From: Gekko japonicus
Lineage: Eukaryota
Reading direction: 5' to 3'
DNA length: 64,000 nt
Assembly (NCBI RefSeq): GCF_001447785.1
Contig: NW_015160914.1
Span: forward strand, 1 to 64,000
The notes under the pieces are model-generated. The model was given only the letters and a program-made list of their open reading frames with translations. It was not told where the DNA came from and did not search any database. The first letter of the stretch is position 1; every line of letters starts with the position of its first letter. Position numbers and translations under genes: made by a program. This document shows, in pieces, positions 50,661 through 62,934 of this stretch.

Positions 50661-51007
50661 GAGCTGTGGTGGCTCAAGTGGTTAAGATGCTGAACTGCAG
50701 GCTGTGGAAGGTCGGTAGTTCAGCAGTTCGAGACCCAGGTGCTGCATGACGGAGTGAGCTCCCGTCTCTAGTTCCAGCTCCTGCCAACCTAGCAGTTCGA
50801 AAGCAAGAAATTGCAAGTAGATAAATAGGTACCACTTCGGTGGGAAGGTAACAGCATTCCTTGCACCTTGGTGTTTAGTCATGCCAGCCACATTACCACG
50901 GAAACGTCTTCGGACAGCACTGGCTCTTTGGCTTTGAAACGGAGATGAGCACTGCAACCCTAGAGTCGGACTCGACTGGTTTTCGAGCAAGGGAACCTTT
51001 ACCTTTA
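50661..51007 (+). mobile_element. Full-length Sauria SINE
   Basis: tRNA head, gtgagctcccg..cctgccaacctagcagttcgaaagca, agtagataaataggtacc, (ACCTTT)n tail. Confidence 0.92.
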
Positions 51008-52334
51008 ATCTGGATCTTAGAAAGAGTCTTGCTTTCCGGAGTCTTACTTTAAAGGAGGGGGTGGGTTCCCCCCCCCCCCCGATCTGTAAGTTTATTTGCT
51101 CAATGTACGACGGCTACATAATCTCACATTCATGTATTTTGTTTTTGTTTCTTTTAAACTCTCATCATGACCAAATAGTAAATGATGATGGGATTTCTGA
51201 AAGGTGCCAGAGCTGGAAGGCAAACAAAATGATCCCTTCCATCTTCATATCTTCAAAGTTCATTATTCCTAAAGTCATGGCATGTTAAGGTGCTTCCTGA
51301 TCCAGAGCATTTGGGATCACTGCACGTAGCTCAAATATTCCACCAGAAAGAAATTTCTTATCAAATTTCTCACTAGCGATTCTTCTCTGAAAATTAAATG
51401 TCATGCATGGCATAGGGAGGTAGGGACAGGCAACTGGATCACTGGGGGTTAATCCTGCCCCTGGGGTTCCAACCTGGCCTCCTGTATTGCTTCAATCCAA
51501 ACCCTATTAGTTATTCTCTCAACAATTTTTGGCTCTCCATTTTCGGCAGGAGATTCATTTGTATGTGGTGTATGGTTTTAATACACAACTGACATATATA
51601 ATGCATGTCATTTATACATGGAGTATACTGGTAGCACTTCGATGTGGATGTTTTGTTCCACCTTGGCTCTCAGATTGGAGTGGGGAGGTTGGACTATCTA
51701 CATGCCATTGTCGTCCAATTGTCCACTTTCTAGGGTTTCCCCTGCTTCACTTTCATATTTCCCAAACCTGCTTTGGTTCATTCTTTCCTAAAAGACTGCA
51801 GTCCATGTAGATTTGAATGCCACTGAGGACAGGAAAGTCCAAATCTTCAAACCTCCCACCCACATCAGCTATTTTGCTCGAATTATCAGTCGAAACTGCA
51901 GGAATGCAAAGTCATCCCTATCCAGAGGAAAGAGAAATTTAGCCCTCCTACCTTCCCTCACCCCTTCCATGGCTCTGATGGGTTCCCTGTTTATGTATGT
52001 CCTCTGTTCACTCCAATATATAAATCAAGACAGAGACAGGAGACTCAGACGTTTAAGTACATAAGAGGAGAACTCTTCCAGACTACTGGCTGCTGTTCAC
52101 ATAGGGCGAAGAAGAAATTTGCCAGAGTCTCAGCTTACATGGGGATGATTCAGTGTAGCTGGATCTCCAGCCTTTGCTTCATCAAAACGAAGTGAATGAT
52201 GATGATGATACATTTGTGATGTTTTCACATGTTCAAATCATTATACATACATTACTACCTTGTAAGCCTCTGAACAGTCCTGTAAAGTAGACCAGAATTA
52301 TTACTATCCCCGTATTGCAGATGAGTCCCTGACC

Positions 52335-52535
52335 TGAATAGTGCAGGCTAGCTACCCTGATCTCATCAGATCTCAGAAGCTAAGCAGGGTCGACCTTGAC
52401 TAGTATTTGGATAGGAGACCTTTAAGGAATACCAGGGCTGTGACACAGAGGGAGGCAATGGCAAACTACTTCTGAACATCTTTTGCCTTCAAAACACTAC
52501 CGGGGGGGGGGGTCACCATAAGTCAGGTGTGACTC
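52335..52535 (+). mobile_element. 5S-derived SINE
   Basis: gatctcatcagatctcagaagctaagcagggtcg..tagtatttggataggagacc..ggaataccagg, followed by a BovB-like tail. Confidence 0.85.
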
Positions 52536-53854
52536 TATGTCTAAAACAGTTGAATATGAGGAGGATTAAAGCTAAGAGAGAGTGGCTTGCCTAACACACC
52601 CTAATGGCTTGGGGAAGATTCAGACTCCTGATTTGCCTTTCCATCTCCTAGTCACTCAACTACAACAACTCCAGCAGCTATTGTCATTCAAATCAGTCCT
52701 GGCATAAGGAACATCACACCTTCAGGCTATCAGGTGTCAACTGCCAATACCCAATGATTAATGCCACGCGCAGCGTCTGCCAGACCGAGGGGTTAGCGGT
52801 ACTCTGTTTGGAAAGTGCAACTGTCTGTGTTTATAACTCCTCCAACCAGCTGTCCCTGAATTAAACACTTCCAATAAAGTTAAAACAGCTCATTTAAAGA
52901 ACAGCTTAACACATGGTTTGCAGCCAGCATAAAACAGATTGAAGAATCAACTGCTACTGTGTTTGTGCACCCATGTTTTTCCCTGAGCTTTTGGGGACTT
53001 GAAACTTATTCCAATAGCCGTTAAATCCACTCTCTATTTGTGACAAAACTTATATTGCATCCCAATTAGTATTTTACTGATAATGGGTTACATCTTGGCA
53101 CAGGAGGTGGGTTTTTTCCCCTAAGCAAATAACACCAGAGACTGTGTCTTTACAAACAGGCTTATATGTGTGGTAATGATATGACAGCATATGGCTCCAG
53201 ACACTTTTTCATCAGTAGAAGACATCTGGAACCATGAGAGGGGGGTCTCCTTGGAATGACTTATAAGCAGCCACCAAGCACAGGGTTTCTTCAGCTGAGG
53301 AAGACCTCCCCCATGATGGTAATGCCTGTTTCCCTCAATCTCAAGGAAGTGGTATTGCCTACATCTTCAGACATCTGCCCAGGAACTCCCTCAGCTCTGG
53401 AGATGAAGAATGAGACATTGAAGTGGATCCATCCATTCTCCAAGGAGCTTTTTTCTAGCTTAAGGAGACATCCTCCAACTTAAGTGGCTCTTCCTTCAAT
53501 AAGAAGTCTTCTTAAGTGGAGCGATCAGATAGGAGTAGAATGCATCCCCATCAAGGGCCCAAGAGTAACTTAGACAAGAGGCCAACAGTGCAATCCTAAA
53601 TAACTACATCCTTCTAAACTCACTGAATTCAATGTGCTTAGAGAGATATAACTCTGTTTATAGACCAAAAGTACAGGAAGCCACATAGCATATGAGAGTC
53701 AGTAGATGGCATCCTACCTTAGGCTGGAGAAAGTTCCTCCAGCCTAAGGAGCCTTCACCATTGACGGAAGTGCCAGTTAAGTTGAAGGACATTTTGTTTC
53801 AGTACTGACAAGCAAAACAGGCAAGTTGAGTTTCTCAAGCACTTTTCTTCCACA

Positions 53855-54057
53855 GAAGAAGGAGGAGGAGGAGAGGAGGAGGAGGAGGAGGAGGAGGAGG
53901 AGGAGATTGGATTTATACCCTGCCCTTCACTCAGAGTCTCAGAGCAGCTTACAAACTCCTTTCCCTTCCCACCTCCACAACAGACACCTTGTGAGGTAGG
54001 TGAGGCTGAGAGTTCTTTCGAGAACTGCCCTTGAGAGAACAGCTCTGAGAGAACTAG
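53855..54057 (-). mobile_element. Squam3-type SINE 3' part with expanded (GAG)n tail
   Basis: Matches the copy at 4745. Confidence 0.8.
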
Positions 54058-55909
54058 TGTAGAGATGGTGCTGCCATGTGACATTCCGCCTTCCAACAAA
54101 ATAGGAGGGAAGTCATATGGAAGAAGTGAATCACAGGTCTTATGGCCAGAGGCAAGAGCATAATTCCCTAGTTACTCAGGTCACTGAGTCACAAGCTTAT
54201 ACAGGAGTGTTTGCCAATTGGACCATCCTATCAAGACGCTTGCTTGCTTGTCAGTTCCATCCTTTGGTCAGAGGTGATGGGCAGATCGAATCTCTGCATG
54301 ACATCCTTCAAGCTCAGGCTTCAGGGCTGATGTCCCAGAATCCTCTGCATATTGCTGGGGTTCCATAGCAGGTGTGGCAAGTTTCCATGGAAAGCAAGGA
54401 TGCATAGTTATATTTTACTTTCTTTTTCTTTGTTTCAACCTTTTTGGTTACCTTTTCCATGGCAAGCAAGCCAATTTGAAAAGGTTCCCTAAAGGTAGTC
54501 GTCGTTGAGTGCTTCTTTCCCAGTCTCTGAATTTGTCTTGAATATAATGTTTTCTTCCAGCAAATATATCATGCAGTCATTTTTAAAGGAGAGCTACACA
54601 GAAAATATTGTGTGATCTTAGCAATAATCTTTGAATTTAAACCTTGGTTGATGCTATTGGGTGAAAAAACAATAAAGAGAAAAGCATATCCCTCTTTTCT
54701 GCCTAGTCCAGTCTCCGTGGGGAAACTTTAAGGTTTCCTGTCGCAGAGAAAAATATGACTCAATTAATATACTTGTTTCAGACTGACTTGGGGGGGGGAA
54801 CAGTGCAATCTGACTTTGCAGAGAGCCTGGTTTATGAATTAAGAACTGACTGCAAATACCCAAGCAAGGTATTTGCTAGGACTAGAAACATCAAATCTTC
54901 TTGGGGAAAAGTTAACAGGGTACAGAGACAGCAATACAAAGACAGAGCTTTTCTTTAATACTACCCGTCTCTTTCTTTCCAGCACCATTAATGCACATGG
55001 TATTTTACAAAACAATATTTATTTGCTCCTTCGCTTGGAGTGTTTACTCCATGTTGTTCCACCAATAATGGCACCCAAGGAGCTTCCAGACTATGAAACT
55101 AGATGAATGAATTGCAATTCACCAAAAGCAAAGGAGGGGGGGGATAGATCCTTACTCCAAGAAGATTTAATATCTAGGGTTTATCCTAAGGGGGGTTTCC
55201 CTCCACAGAAATGTAGCACCAGCCACCCCCAGTTTATGAGTACACACTAGGTTTTTTTACCCAAAGGAGAAGGCTAGGGGAGATGAAAGAGAATGTATGC
55301 AATAATACATTGTTCCATAATACCATTTCATTTCAGTGTATTGGAGGTTTTCTCCTTCAACCTCATTTGAAGTAGATAGGGTCCATGAGAGCTCAGTATG
55401 GTGGGAGGAGATAAACAACTGGAAATTTACTTCCTTCAACAGGCGGGATCACACTGTTTAAAGTCAGGTTGTCATCCATAGTAGGGTTGCTGTCCTCCAA
55501 GTGGTCCCAGAGATCTTGTAACCATGTGTGTTTGCAATTGCATTTGTCTGTACTGTGCTAAATGCTGTGTCTGTCAGATGTCTGTGTATCTGTGCATTTG
55601 GGACTCAGGGATTACTGATGTGCTTTGCTGCAATGTTTGTATGCTTTGCTGTACATCTCCTGCCTGCACCTATCACATAGCATCTCCCCTTTTCCTGATT
55701 TATTCTCTCCTTTCCACCTTTATTTGCTCCCCTGTCTTCAGCTTTCCCTCCTTCCCTCTCCCTGGTAGCTTCCACCCAGAAAATTATGGCCTGGTTGCAT
55801 GGTGCCAGCTAACTCTAAAAATCTAATTATGAAACATACAAAAATATGCATGTATTTATTAAACACAAATTAAAATAACAAATAAGGGCCCATACAAAGG
55901 CTGATAAAA

Positions 55910-55955
55910 TAGACCTAACGCGTTTCGGCCTTCACAGGCCTTCCTCAGAGGTCTA
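55910..55955 (-). ncRNA. Minimal type I hammerhead ribozyme
   Basis: UAGACCU CUGAGGA A GGCC-UGUGAA-GGCC GAAA CGCG UU AGGUCUA; all core nucleotides present, with a 7-bp stem I. Confidence 0.85.
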
Positions 55956-56241
55956 ATGCAAATACAACATACACTTTTATTGTTTCTGGAGAAGTACTAC
56001 TGGACATGTGATTGCACTGGAGGTTTCACTTGTAGTTTTGCCCAGTGGTTAAACTTTGGAAGTAAGTTAATGGGTTTTTTGTTTGATAAGATAATTACAA
56101 TATATTTATTGGTTGTAGTATATGTATCTAATCTTCTATTTCTTTTATGTTTACAGCAATTTTTTCTGGTCTGTATTTCATATTTTGTATATGTTTGATT
56201 GTATATATTTTTACATATTAGCCAATATGTTCTATTTGCAT

Positions 56242-56287
56242 TAGACCTCTGAGGAAGGCCTGTGAAGGCTGAAACGCGTTAGGTCTA
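56242..56287 (+). ncRNA. Minimal type I hammerhead ribozyme (second copy)
   Basis: Same motif with one C>T change at 56270, giving a G-U pair at the base of stem II. Confidence 0.8.
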
Positions 56288-56622
56288 TTTCATCAGCCTT
56301 TGTATATTTGTATTTTTATATTTGTATATGAGGTATGAATGGGCCCTTATTTGTTATTTTAATTTATGTTTAATAAATACATGTATATTTTTGTATGTTT
56401 CATAATTAGATTTTTAGAGTTGGCCCTCTTCTATTCTTGACTAACCTTTTTAGGTTCTGAATTCTAGGTTTTAGGTTCAGGTTTTTTTCCCCTTTCCCTT
56501 TTTTGTCCTTGCATGGTGCCAGCTGCCAGGCCAAGCCCTGTTTCACAGTGGGGAATTTGCAAGAACTGGGGAGACATCTCAGTTTCCCCTGTATCCCCTT
56601 CCCCACACTATTTCCTCTTTCC

Positions 56623-57233
56623 NNNNNNNNNNNNNNNNNNNNNNNNNNNNNNNNNNNNNNNNNNNNNNNNNNNNNNNNNNNNNNNNNNNNNNNNNNNNNN
56701 NNNNNNNNNNNNNNNNNNNNNNNNNNNNNNNNNNNNNNNNNNNNNNNNNNNNNNNNNNNNNNNNNNNNNNNNNNNNNNNNNNNNNNNNNNNNNNNNNNNN
56801 NNNNNNNNNNNNNNNNNNNNNNNNNNNNNNNNNNNNNNNNNNNNNNNNNNNNNNNNNNNNNNNNNNNNNNNNNNNNNNNNNNNNNNNNNNNNNNNNNNNN
56901 NNNNNNNNNNNNNNNNNNNNNNNNNNNNNNNNNNNNNNNNNNNNNNNNNNNNNNNNNNNNNNNNNNNNNNNNNNNNNNNNNNNNNNNNNNNNNNNNNNNN
57001 NNNNNNNNNNNNNNNNNNNNNNNNNNNNNNNNNNNNNNNNNNNNNNNNNNNNNNNNNNNNNNNNNNNNNNNNNNNNNNNNNNNNNNNNNNNNNNNNNNNN
57101 NNNNNNNNNNNNNNNNNNNNNNNNNNNNNNNNNNNNNNNNNNNNNNNNNNNNNNNNNNNNNNNNNNNNNNNNNNNNNNNNNNNNNNNNNNNNNNNNNNNN
57201 NNNNNNNNNNNNNNNNNNNNNNNNNNNNNNNNN
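56623..57233. other. Assembly gap (N run)
   Basis: Run of N. Confidence 1.
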
Positions 57234-57339
57234 TCTTTCCCTCTTCTTGGCAACTCCCATACCCTCATCTTTCCATGCATCCTTCTCTCTTTCCTATTCA
57301 CCAACCAACCAACATTTTATTCACCCCTCATCTTTGGCT

Positions 57340-57565
57340 ATATTTATTATTTCATTTATACCCTGACTTTTTCCACAGTGGAGACCCAAAGCATCTTACA
57401 TCATTCTCCTCCCCTCTATTTTATCCTCACAACAATTCTGTGAGATAGGTTACACTGAGGATGAGTGACTGATCCAAGGTCACCCAGTCAGCTTCCATGT
57501 CAGAGAAGGTATTCAAACCTGGGTGTTTCAGATCTTGGTCTGAAACTCTAACTATTCCACACTGG
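57340..57565 (-). mobile_element. MIR-like SINE
   Basis: tttatcctcacaacaattctgtgag core, aaggtcacccagtcagcttcca, and head ccacactgg. Confidence 0.8.
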
Positions 57566-58034
57566 TTGTTGTGGGGTGGCTGCTGTTGTACAGTAGCCAG
57601 CATCTGGGCCTGCATGAGTCAGTAGCAAGCAGCCTGGTGGTTGCTGCTGGGCCTGGCCTCCAAGAGTCCTCCCTCAAAGGCCAAAAAAGCCCTGGAAAGG
57701 GCCCCATCCCCTCCCCTGCCTCTCTGCCTTTTACTGATAGGAACTAAGGCTGGAATGCTGGCAGCACTATTAGAGTTCCTTAGCAATCTTTACAATGGTC
57801 ACTCCAGAGGGCATTTGTTTCTTAAAGCCACAGGCACTGCTGTTGCCCTGCAAGGCACTTATTAGTGATATTAAGGCTTGGACTGTGCCAGTAGTGTGCA
57901 AAAAGGGACTGAATTGTGTGGTGACCCAAAGATGATGCCAGTTATAGACACACACACACACACAGAAGAAGAAGGAAGCCTTCCTATAAGATGATGTGCC
58001 TATGGTTTCAGAGGTTATCTATCCTCTTACCTAC

Positions 58035-58900
58035 TGTAAGAGGAACCAGCTCCCTAGCCACATGAAGCACTGAAAGTCAGCCATGCCAAGGCAGAAGACC
58101 TAAAACAAAGGATTTAAACTCCATGCAGAGTTTCCTTCTCTGCATGCAGGCAACATCCCCTTCCCCCCACCCAGCTGCACCTAGCTGAAGCAGCCGCCAT
58201 AAGACAATCAAGGAATGTCCATGACAATGACTCTGGCCACATGAGTAATCATCCCTCCAGGTGCTACCGTCATGCCCAGGATTACTAGATCTGAATATTG
58301 ACCACCACCCCTTAGACCCTTCCCCCTTGACCCGAGGTCCAATCAGTATGTTTTTGGGGACAGACTAATAGGAGGTGTGCCAGGGGATGTGGCCAGCCTA
58401 GCCCCCCCCATACCACCTCATAAAAGAGGGCAACCTGCCATGCTCATTCTCTTGCTCTCTCTCTCTCTCCTATACCCACCCTAACTCCACGACTCACAGT
58501 TGCGCAGCCAGAATCTCCATGTGTCTCTGCCAGTTCAGGACACGACCCCATTACCCCATAGTCTCCCTTATTTTTCCTAAGGATTACTTCATCCTGCTGA
58601 GGAAAACGAAAGTATTGCCCTCAACAATTATCCTGCTAATGCAAATGTGCTATCCTCTTCTCTCTCATTTTCCTAGAGCTGTGTAATTGTGAGTGTGTTT
58701 GAATTATTGTATGCTTGTGAAATATCCTCAGTAAACGAAACCATTTTATACTGAAGTCAGCCTTTGAGTCTATTTCTGGTGTGTCTGGAAGACGTGGGAC
58801 CCCTTGTATACATAGGTGCTTGCCCCTTATTTGCCTATTGCCTCGTGTAGAATCATAATTCCCCAAAGACCATCAATAATTTGAGGCAATCTGGCTAACA
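58035..58900 (+). mobile_element. Solo LTR (ERV/Gypsy-type)
   Basis: TGTAA...TAACA ends; CCAAT (~58339), CATAAAA (~58418), CT-rich R-like region, AGTAAA; 4-bp flanks ctac/ctgc. Confidence 0.7.
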
Positions 58901-61058
58901 CTGCTGCTGTTATTTGGAGGGTTTTAACCCCCAAATGTTTTTTTTAAAATATATTTCACATTTTTCTGAAAACCTAAGGCTTTTCTTAGGTTTGCAAAAA
59001 GATTTGTCTTGGCTGTTCATGTCTCCAGGCTGAACCTGGCAAGTTAATGGAAGATCAGGAGGAGGGACAAGGGGGAGGGTAGCTAACAGTATGATGGCAC
59101 TTCTGGGAAAAATCAAGAAGTGACATCATGCCTCTCTAGGAATTGCTGGAAACTCTGTGGTTTTAACATAGAATTTCTGGGTTTATTAGAGGCATGACAT
59201 GACTTTCAGGTTTCCCCCAGAAATGACATCATGCCATTTGCCCGATGGTCATTTAAAAAAAAATTGCCCCACCACTGCTCTGAGTAGTGGCAGGAAAGAA
59301 GAGCTGGGAGTGTGGGATCCCACATTCCCACTGGGTGGCTGGCAGCCTTACTGGATTTAAGTACCCACAGGTGTTGCCATATTTGCCACATTGAGATATA
59401 TTGATATGATAGAAGGCCAGCCACTCTGAGTACCAATCCATTCTTGAAATATTTCCTCTCTCTCATTTTCTGCTTCCTCCCCCCAAATAATATGCAGTGT
59501 CTCTAAGGATGATCTGTGACTATGCTACAAACTGCCGCCAGGTAGCTTATATAAATACTGTTAGCTAATGTTATTGCCCAGCCTTCCATAGATGGAAGAG
59601 AAGGGCACAGAACTAATAAGATGAAAATGTACAATCCTTTTATAGGCCTTAGTGGGCTTATAAAATTTACAGTCCATGTAGCTCCCTAGCCACAGCTTCC
59701 AAACACCTGGGACACCAATCAGGACTCCTCTTTTGCATTTTACTAGCAGAAAAATCATTTCAAGGCAAAATTTTATTGGTACCCATTAATAGTGGTGTTC
59801 TCCAGGGACTGATTCAGAAGCAGTATATATCTGTTGCCCTCCAAGCCATCTCAACTCTGGGATCAGCAGTTCTCTCAGACTCTGATGTTCAAATTCAAAT
59901 AATGTTCCCTTTTTTTATTAGACAAATTCATGATGGATAGTCTAAATGGTTATTAGCCATGATAGCTAAATTGAGCTTCCATGTTCAGAGCCAGCCCATG
60001 CCTATAGTGTGGCTAATGGGGCTCTGCCCCCTTCCTTAAAGGTCCAGCCCCACAAGATTCTTTGAGAGTTTTTTAGAAGAATCGAGGGGAGCGTTTTTTA
60101 GAAGAATCGAGGGATCCTTCAAATATTTTTGAGAAGAAGTGGAGGATGGTGCACACCCCTGTCCCTCCTTTCTTCAAGATTTAACAGGCCCTCCAGCAGA
60201 TTGGCAGGCCACATGCTCCCTGTTGATCAGCTGCAAGGTCCTTTAAATCTTGCAGGGGGGTAGGGAATGGGGTGAACATTGACAGTCTGGCTTGGGGGCA
60301 GATTGTAGCTGACATAAAAATAATGGCAGCCCCATCAGGGGGGAAAAATTGCCTCACAATCCTGGCTATGGGTCTGGTTCCAACAAAGGAGGAAAATCAT
60401 TAAATTCATGCCCTTCTTGTAAGCCCCCCAAGGCATATGGGTGGTCACCGCTCACAGCATTGCTAGATTAGATGGTGATATGGTCTAATTCAATAAGGTA
60501 ATTCTTATGATTATGGGGATTTTCCCATATAAAATTTGATATGTTTTTAAAAGACAATGATCAGAATCCAAGGAAACTGTACACTTGTTCTATATATCCA
60601 TCAGAGCTCAAGGCTTCTGCTTCTCTGATTGGGTGCAGTAAAGAAGAAGCTGGAGACCAACTGGTGATGAAGGTGCATAAAGTTTACTTAGAGATAATGG
60701 TGAATATTTACACAGAGATATACAGACTGTCTTACAGCATAACATACCTTATTTGGAGAGAACTAAGTCCCCCACCCAGCTTATCAACTAACAGGATGAA
60801 CTAATTTCCTACTCTAACAATGCTAGAAGAGTAACACCTAGTAGTTTAACACCTGGCTGTAATTGCCTTAACCACTTAGCATGACAGCTAAGACTTACAC
60901 ATAGATCATACTGATCGAGATCCAGTAACTGCTTGCTACCTCAACCTAGACATATATCTCAATAATCCCCCATCTCCACCATCGTGCCATGCTGTTTTTG
61001 AAATAGTTGGGGCATTCCAAACAGTTTATCTCATGAATTAATATGTGGGATTATTTTA

Positions 61059-61390
61059 GGCTGAGTTCAGACTGGCAGTTTGCCCCGATATAGGCACAAA
61101 CCAGAAACGTTTCACAAACGGATTAAAGGGGCCGTTCACACAGGCACATCTGTCAGGCGTTCCCCAGCTGTACTCAACCCGTCTTGTAACGCTTCCCTCC
61201 CGAGTTTAAAAGATACCTGGCTGCAAACCCTGGAAAGCGCGATTATCCCACGTCCATCCCACTTCCCGGAAGTGTGAACGCGAAAAGTCATGATCTGGTA
61301 GGGATGTGCTTATGAGCGCACATAACCGGATTACCAGAAAAAGCCACTTACAGCCGCACCTCCAGGCCAACAGTGTGAATGCTCCCTTGC
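61059..61390. mobile_element. CpG-rich Harbinger-like MITE(s)
   Basis: Ends ggctgagttcagactg / ggggccgttcacac and gtgtgaatgctccc resemble the other Harbinger TIRs; TSD unclear. Confidence 0.45.
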
Positions 61391-61789
61391 GCCTCCTCCC
61401 CAGTATGCTCCCACATCAGTCAGTGCAGTGTGACCGGGAATACCCGGAACAGTTTGTTCCGGGTCTTTTTTGCCACAACTCCCTCCCGCTTCAAACTGCC
61501 CTAGTCAAAGAAAAAGAATCACAATTTCTGCAAAACTTGTAAAGCCCTTGGAGTGAGGGAAGGGTAAAGCAGCTGTAAACCAACTTGCATTTTATTGGAA
61601 GAATAACTGGGCTAAATAGCCTTATGTTTGCTAATTTTTAACATTCTTGAGCCGTTACACTTAAGCAAGCATCTGAATCATGTTAGAGATAGGTGGAAAT
61701 AGGCTTCATAGGGGCTGAATCCCTGCCTCTCACCTAAATTTTACAAATCTTATTTTAAAATTTAAGGAATGTTAGGTGTTAGGTAGTTT

Positions 61790-62480
61790 TGAGGAGGTAG
61801 CCTTGTTAGTTCATAGCAGCAGAACAAAATTCTAGTCCAACTGCACCTTAGAGACCAACAAAATTTCCCAGGATATAAGCTTTCATGAGTCAAAGCTCAT
61901 TTTGTCAGGTACAAGTAAGAATGATGATCCATCTGCCCATGTATCCAGATCAGAAGACGGGAGGGGTATTGGCAAGAAGGGCTAGTTAGAATCAAAATGC
62001 AGAGATATAATGCAAAGCTTGATTAAAGCAGGGAGATATGCATAGCAGTGCAGAAAATTAGCATCCATAATAGCATAAGAATCCTATGTCCCTATTCAGC
62101 TTACTACTTGTTGGTAGTAAAAAGTGCCCTCAAGTCACAGTCAACTTATGATGACCCTGTAGGGTTTTCAAGGAAAGAGATGTTTAGAAGTGGTTGCCAT
62201 TGCCTGCCTCTGTGTAGTGACCCTGCCCTTCACTGGTGGTCTCCCAACCAAAGAACTAACCTGCTTAACTTCTGAGATCTGATGAGACCAGGATTGCCGG
62301 TGCCTCCAGGTCAGGGTACCTGAACTTGTTAATGGATTCTGGTTCAGCAATCTCACATTATAATCTGCCTTAAAGATTCTCTGTAGGAGAACTGCCACTT
62401 AGGCCAGCAGTTGAATGTCCTGGAAGACTAAAATGCTCTCCCACTGGTTTCTGAGTATTGTCATTTTTAATGCCCGTTAT
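61790..62480 (-). mobile_element. Penelope element 3' part (GIY-YIG C-terminus, pLTR, decayed hammerhead), split by a SINE
   Basis: GIKNDNTQKPVGEHFSLPGHS..AVLLQRIFK; reverse strand ctgacaaa atgag..ctcat gaaagctta at ~61872-61913. Confidence 0.8.
62117..62315 (-). mobile_element. 5S-derived SINE
   Basis: gtgccctcaagtcacagtcaacttatg tail; ctgcttaacttctgagatctgatgaga 5S head. Confidence 0.75.
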
Positions 62481-62594
62481 TCCTTTGCTGTCCTGCTTGT
62501 CTGATACAGACTGTAGAAAAGTACTGTTGACCCTTAATGGTTTGTGCAACATTGAAAGAGGAGGATATTTAAGAATGTGGAACACAGTTGTTTC

Positions 62595-62934
62595 CCCAAA
62601 TGATAAGTGGGCCTTACCTCTTTGGTGAAGTTTGCACAGAAGATAGGTGTTGCTGTGGGAGGAAACTTGATAGATCTGCCTGCAAGACAGCAGGCATGAT
62701 CTTACCAAAGATCAGATATATAGCCTAAGACCTAGTTAGACTTCAGATAAGAAGTGTGGATTCAGTCTATATAAAGGCCTATTTCTAGTTATCACCAACA
62801 TAAGTGAACCTTCACGTAAGGGGTACAGCTCAAGAATGTCGGTGCTGTTCATGGCAGCAATAGTATTGCACAATATCAGAGGTGACTCAGATAGGAATCT
62901 TATTCCACACGTGCTTCTCCCTACAGGAAAATAG
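62595..62934 (+). mobile_element. Possible fossil Harbinger (HARBI1-like) transposase C-terminus
   Basis: LTKDQIYS..KCGFSLYKGLF..SVLFMAAIVLHNIR resembles LTxxQxxYN..ExxFGxLKxRF..IIxACxVLHN. Confidence 0.4.

Larger units (their letters stand above)
55811..56508 (+). mobile_element. Penelope-like element remnant with inverted pseudo-LTRs
   Basis: ~160-bp inverted repeat (55811-55971 vs ~56226-56421), ~85-bp 3' extension, 16-bp TSD ttgcatggtgccagct (55795-810, 56509-24). Confidence 0.85.

Noticed and set aside
52335-52440. 5S rRNA gene (also at 21.1, 27.9, 47.9 and 62.2 kb)
   Set aside because: Diverged, incomplete and fused to a retroposon tail; these are SINE heads.
56406-57448. ORFs of 241-311 aa (and those at 16363-16656)
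   Set aside because: Artefacts of translating through N gaps.
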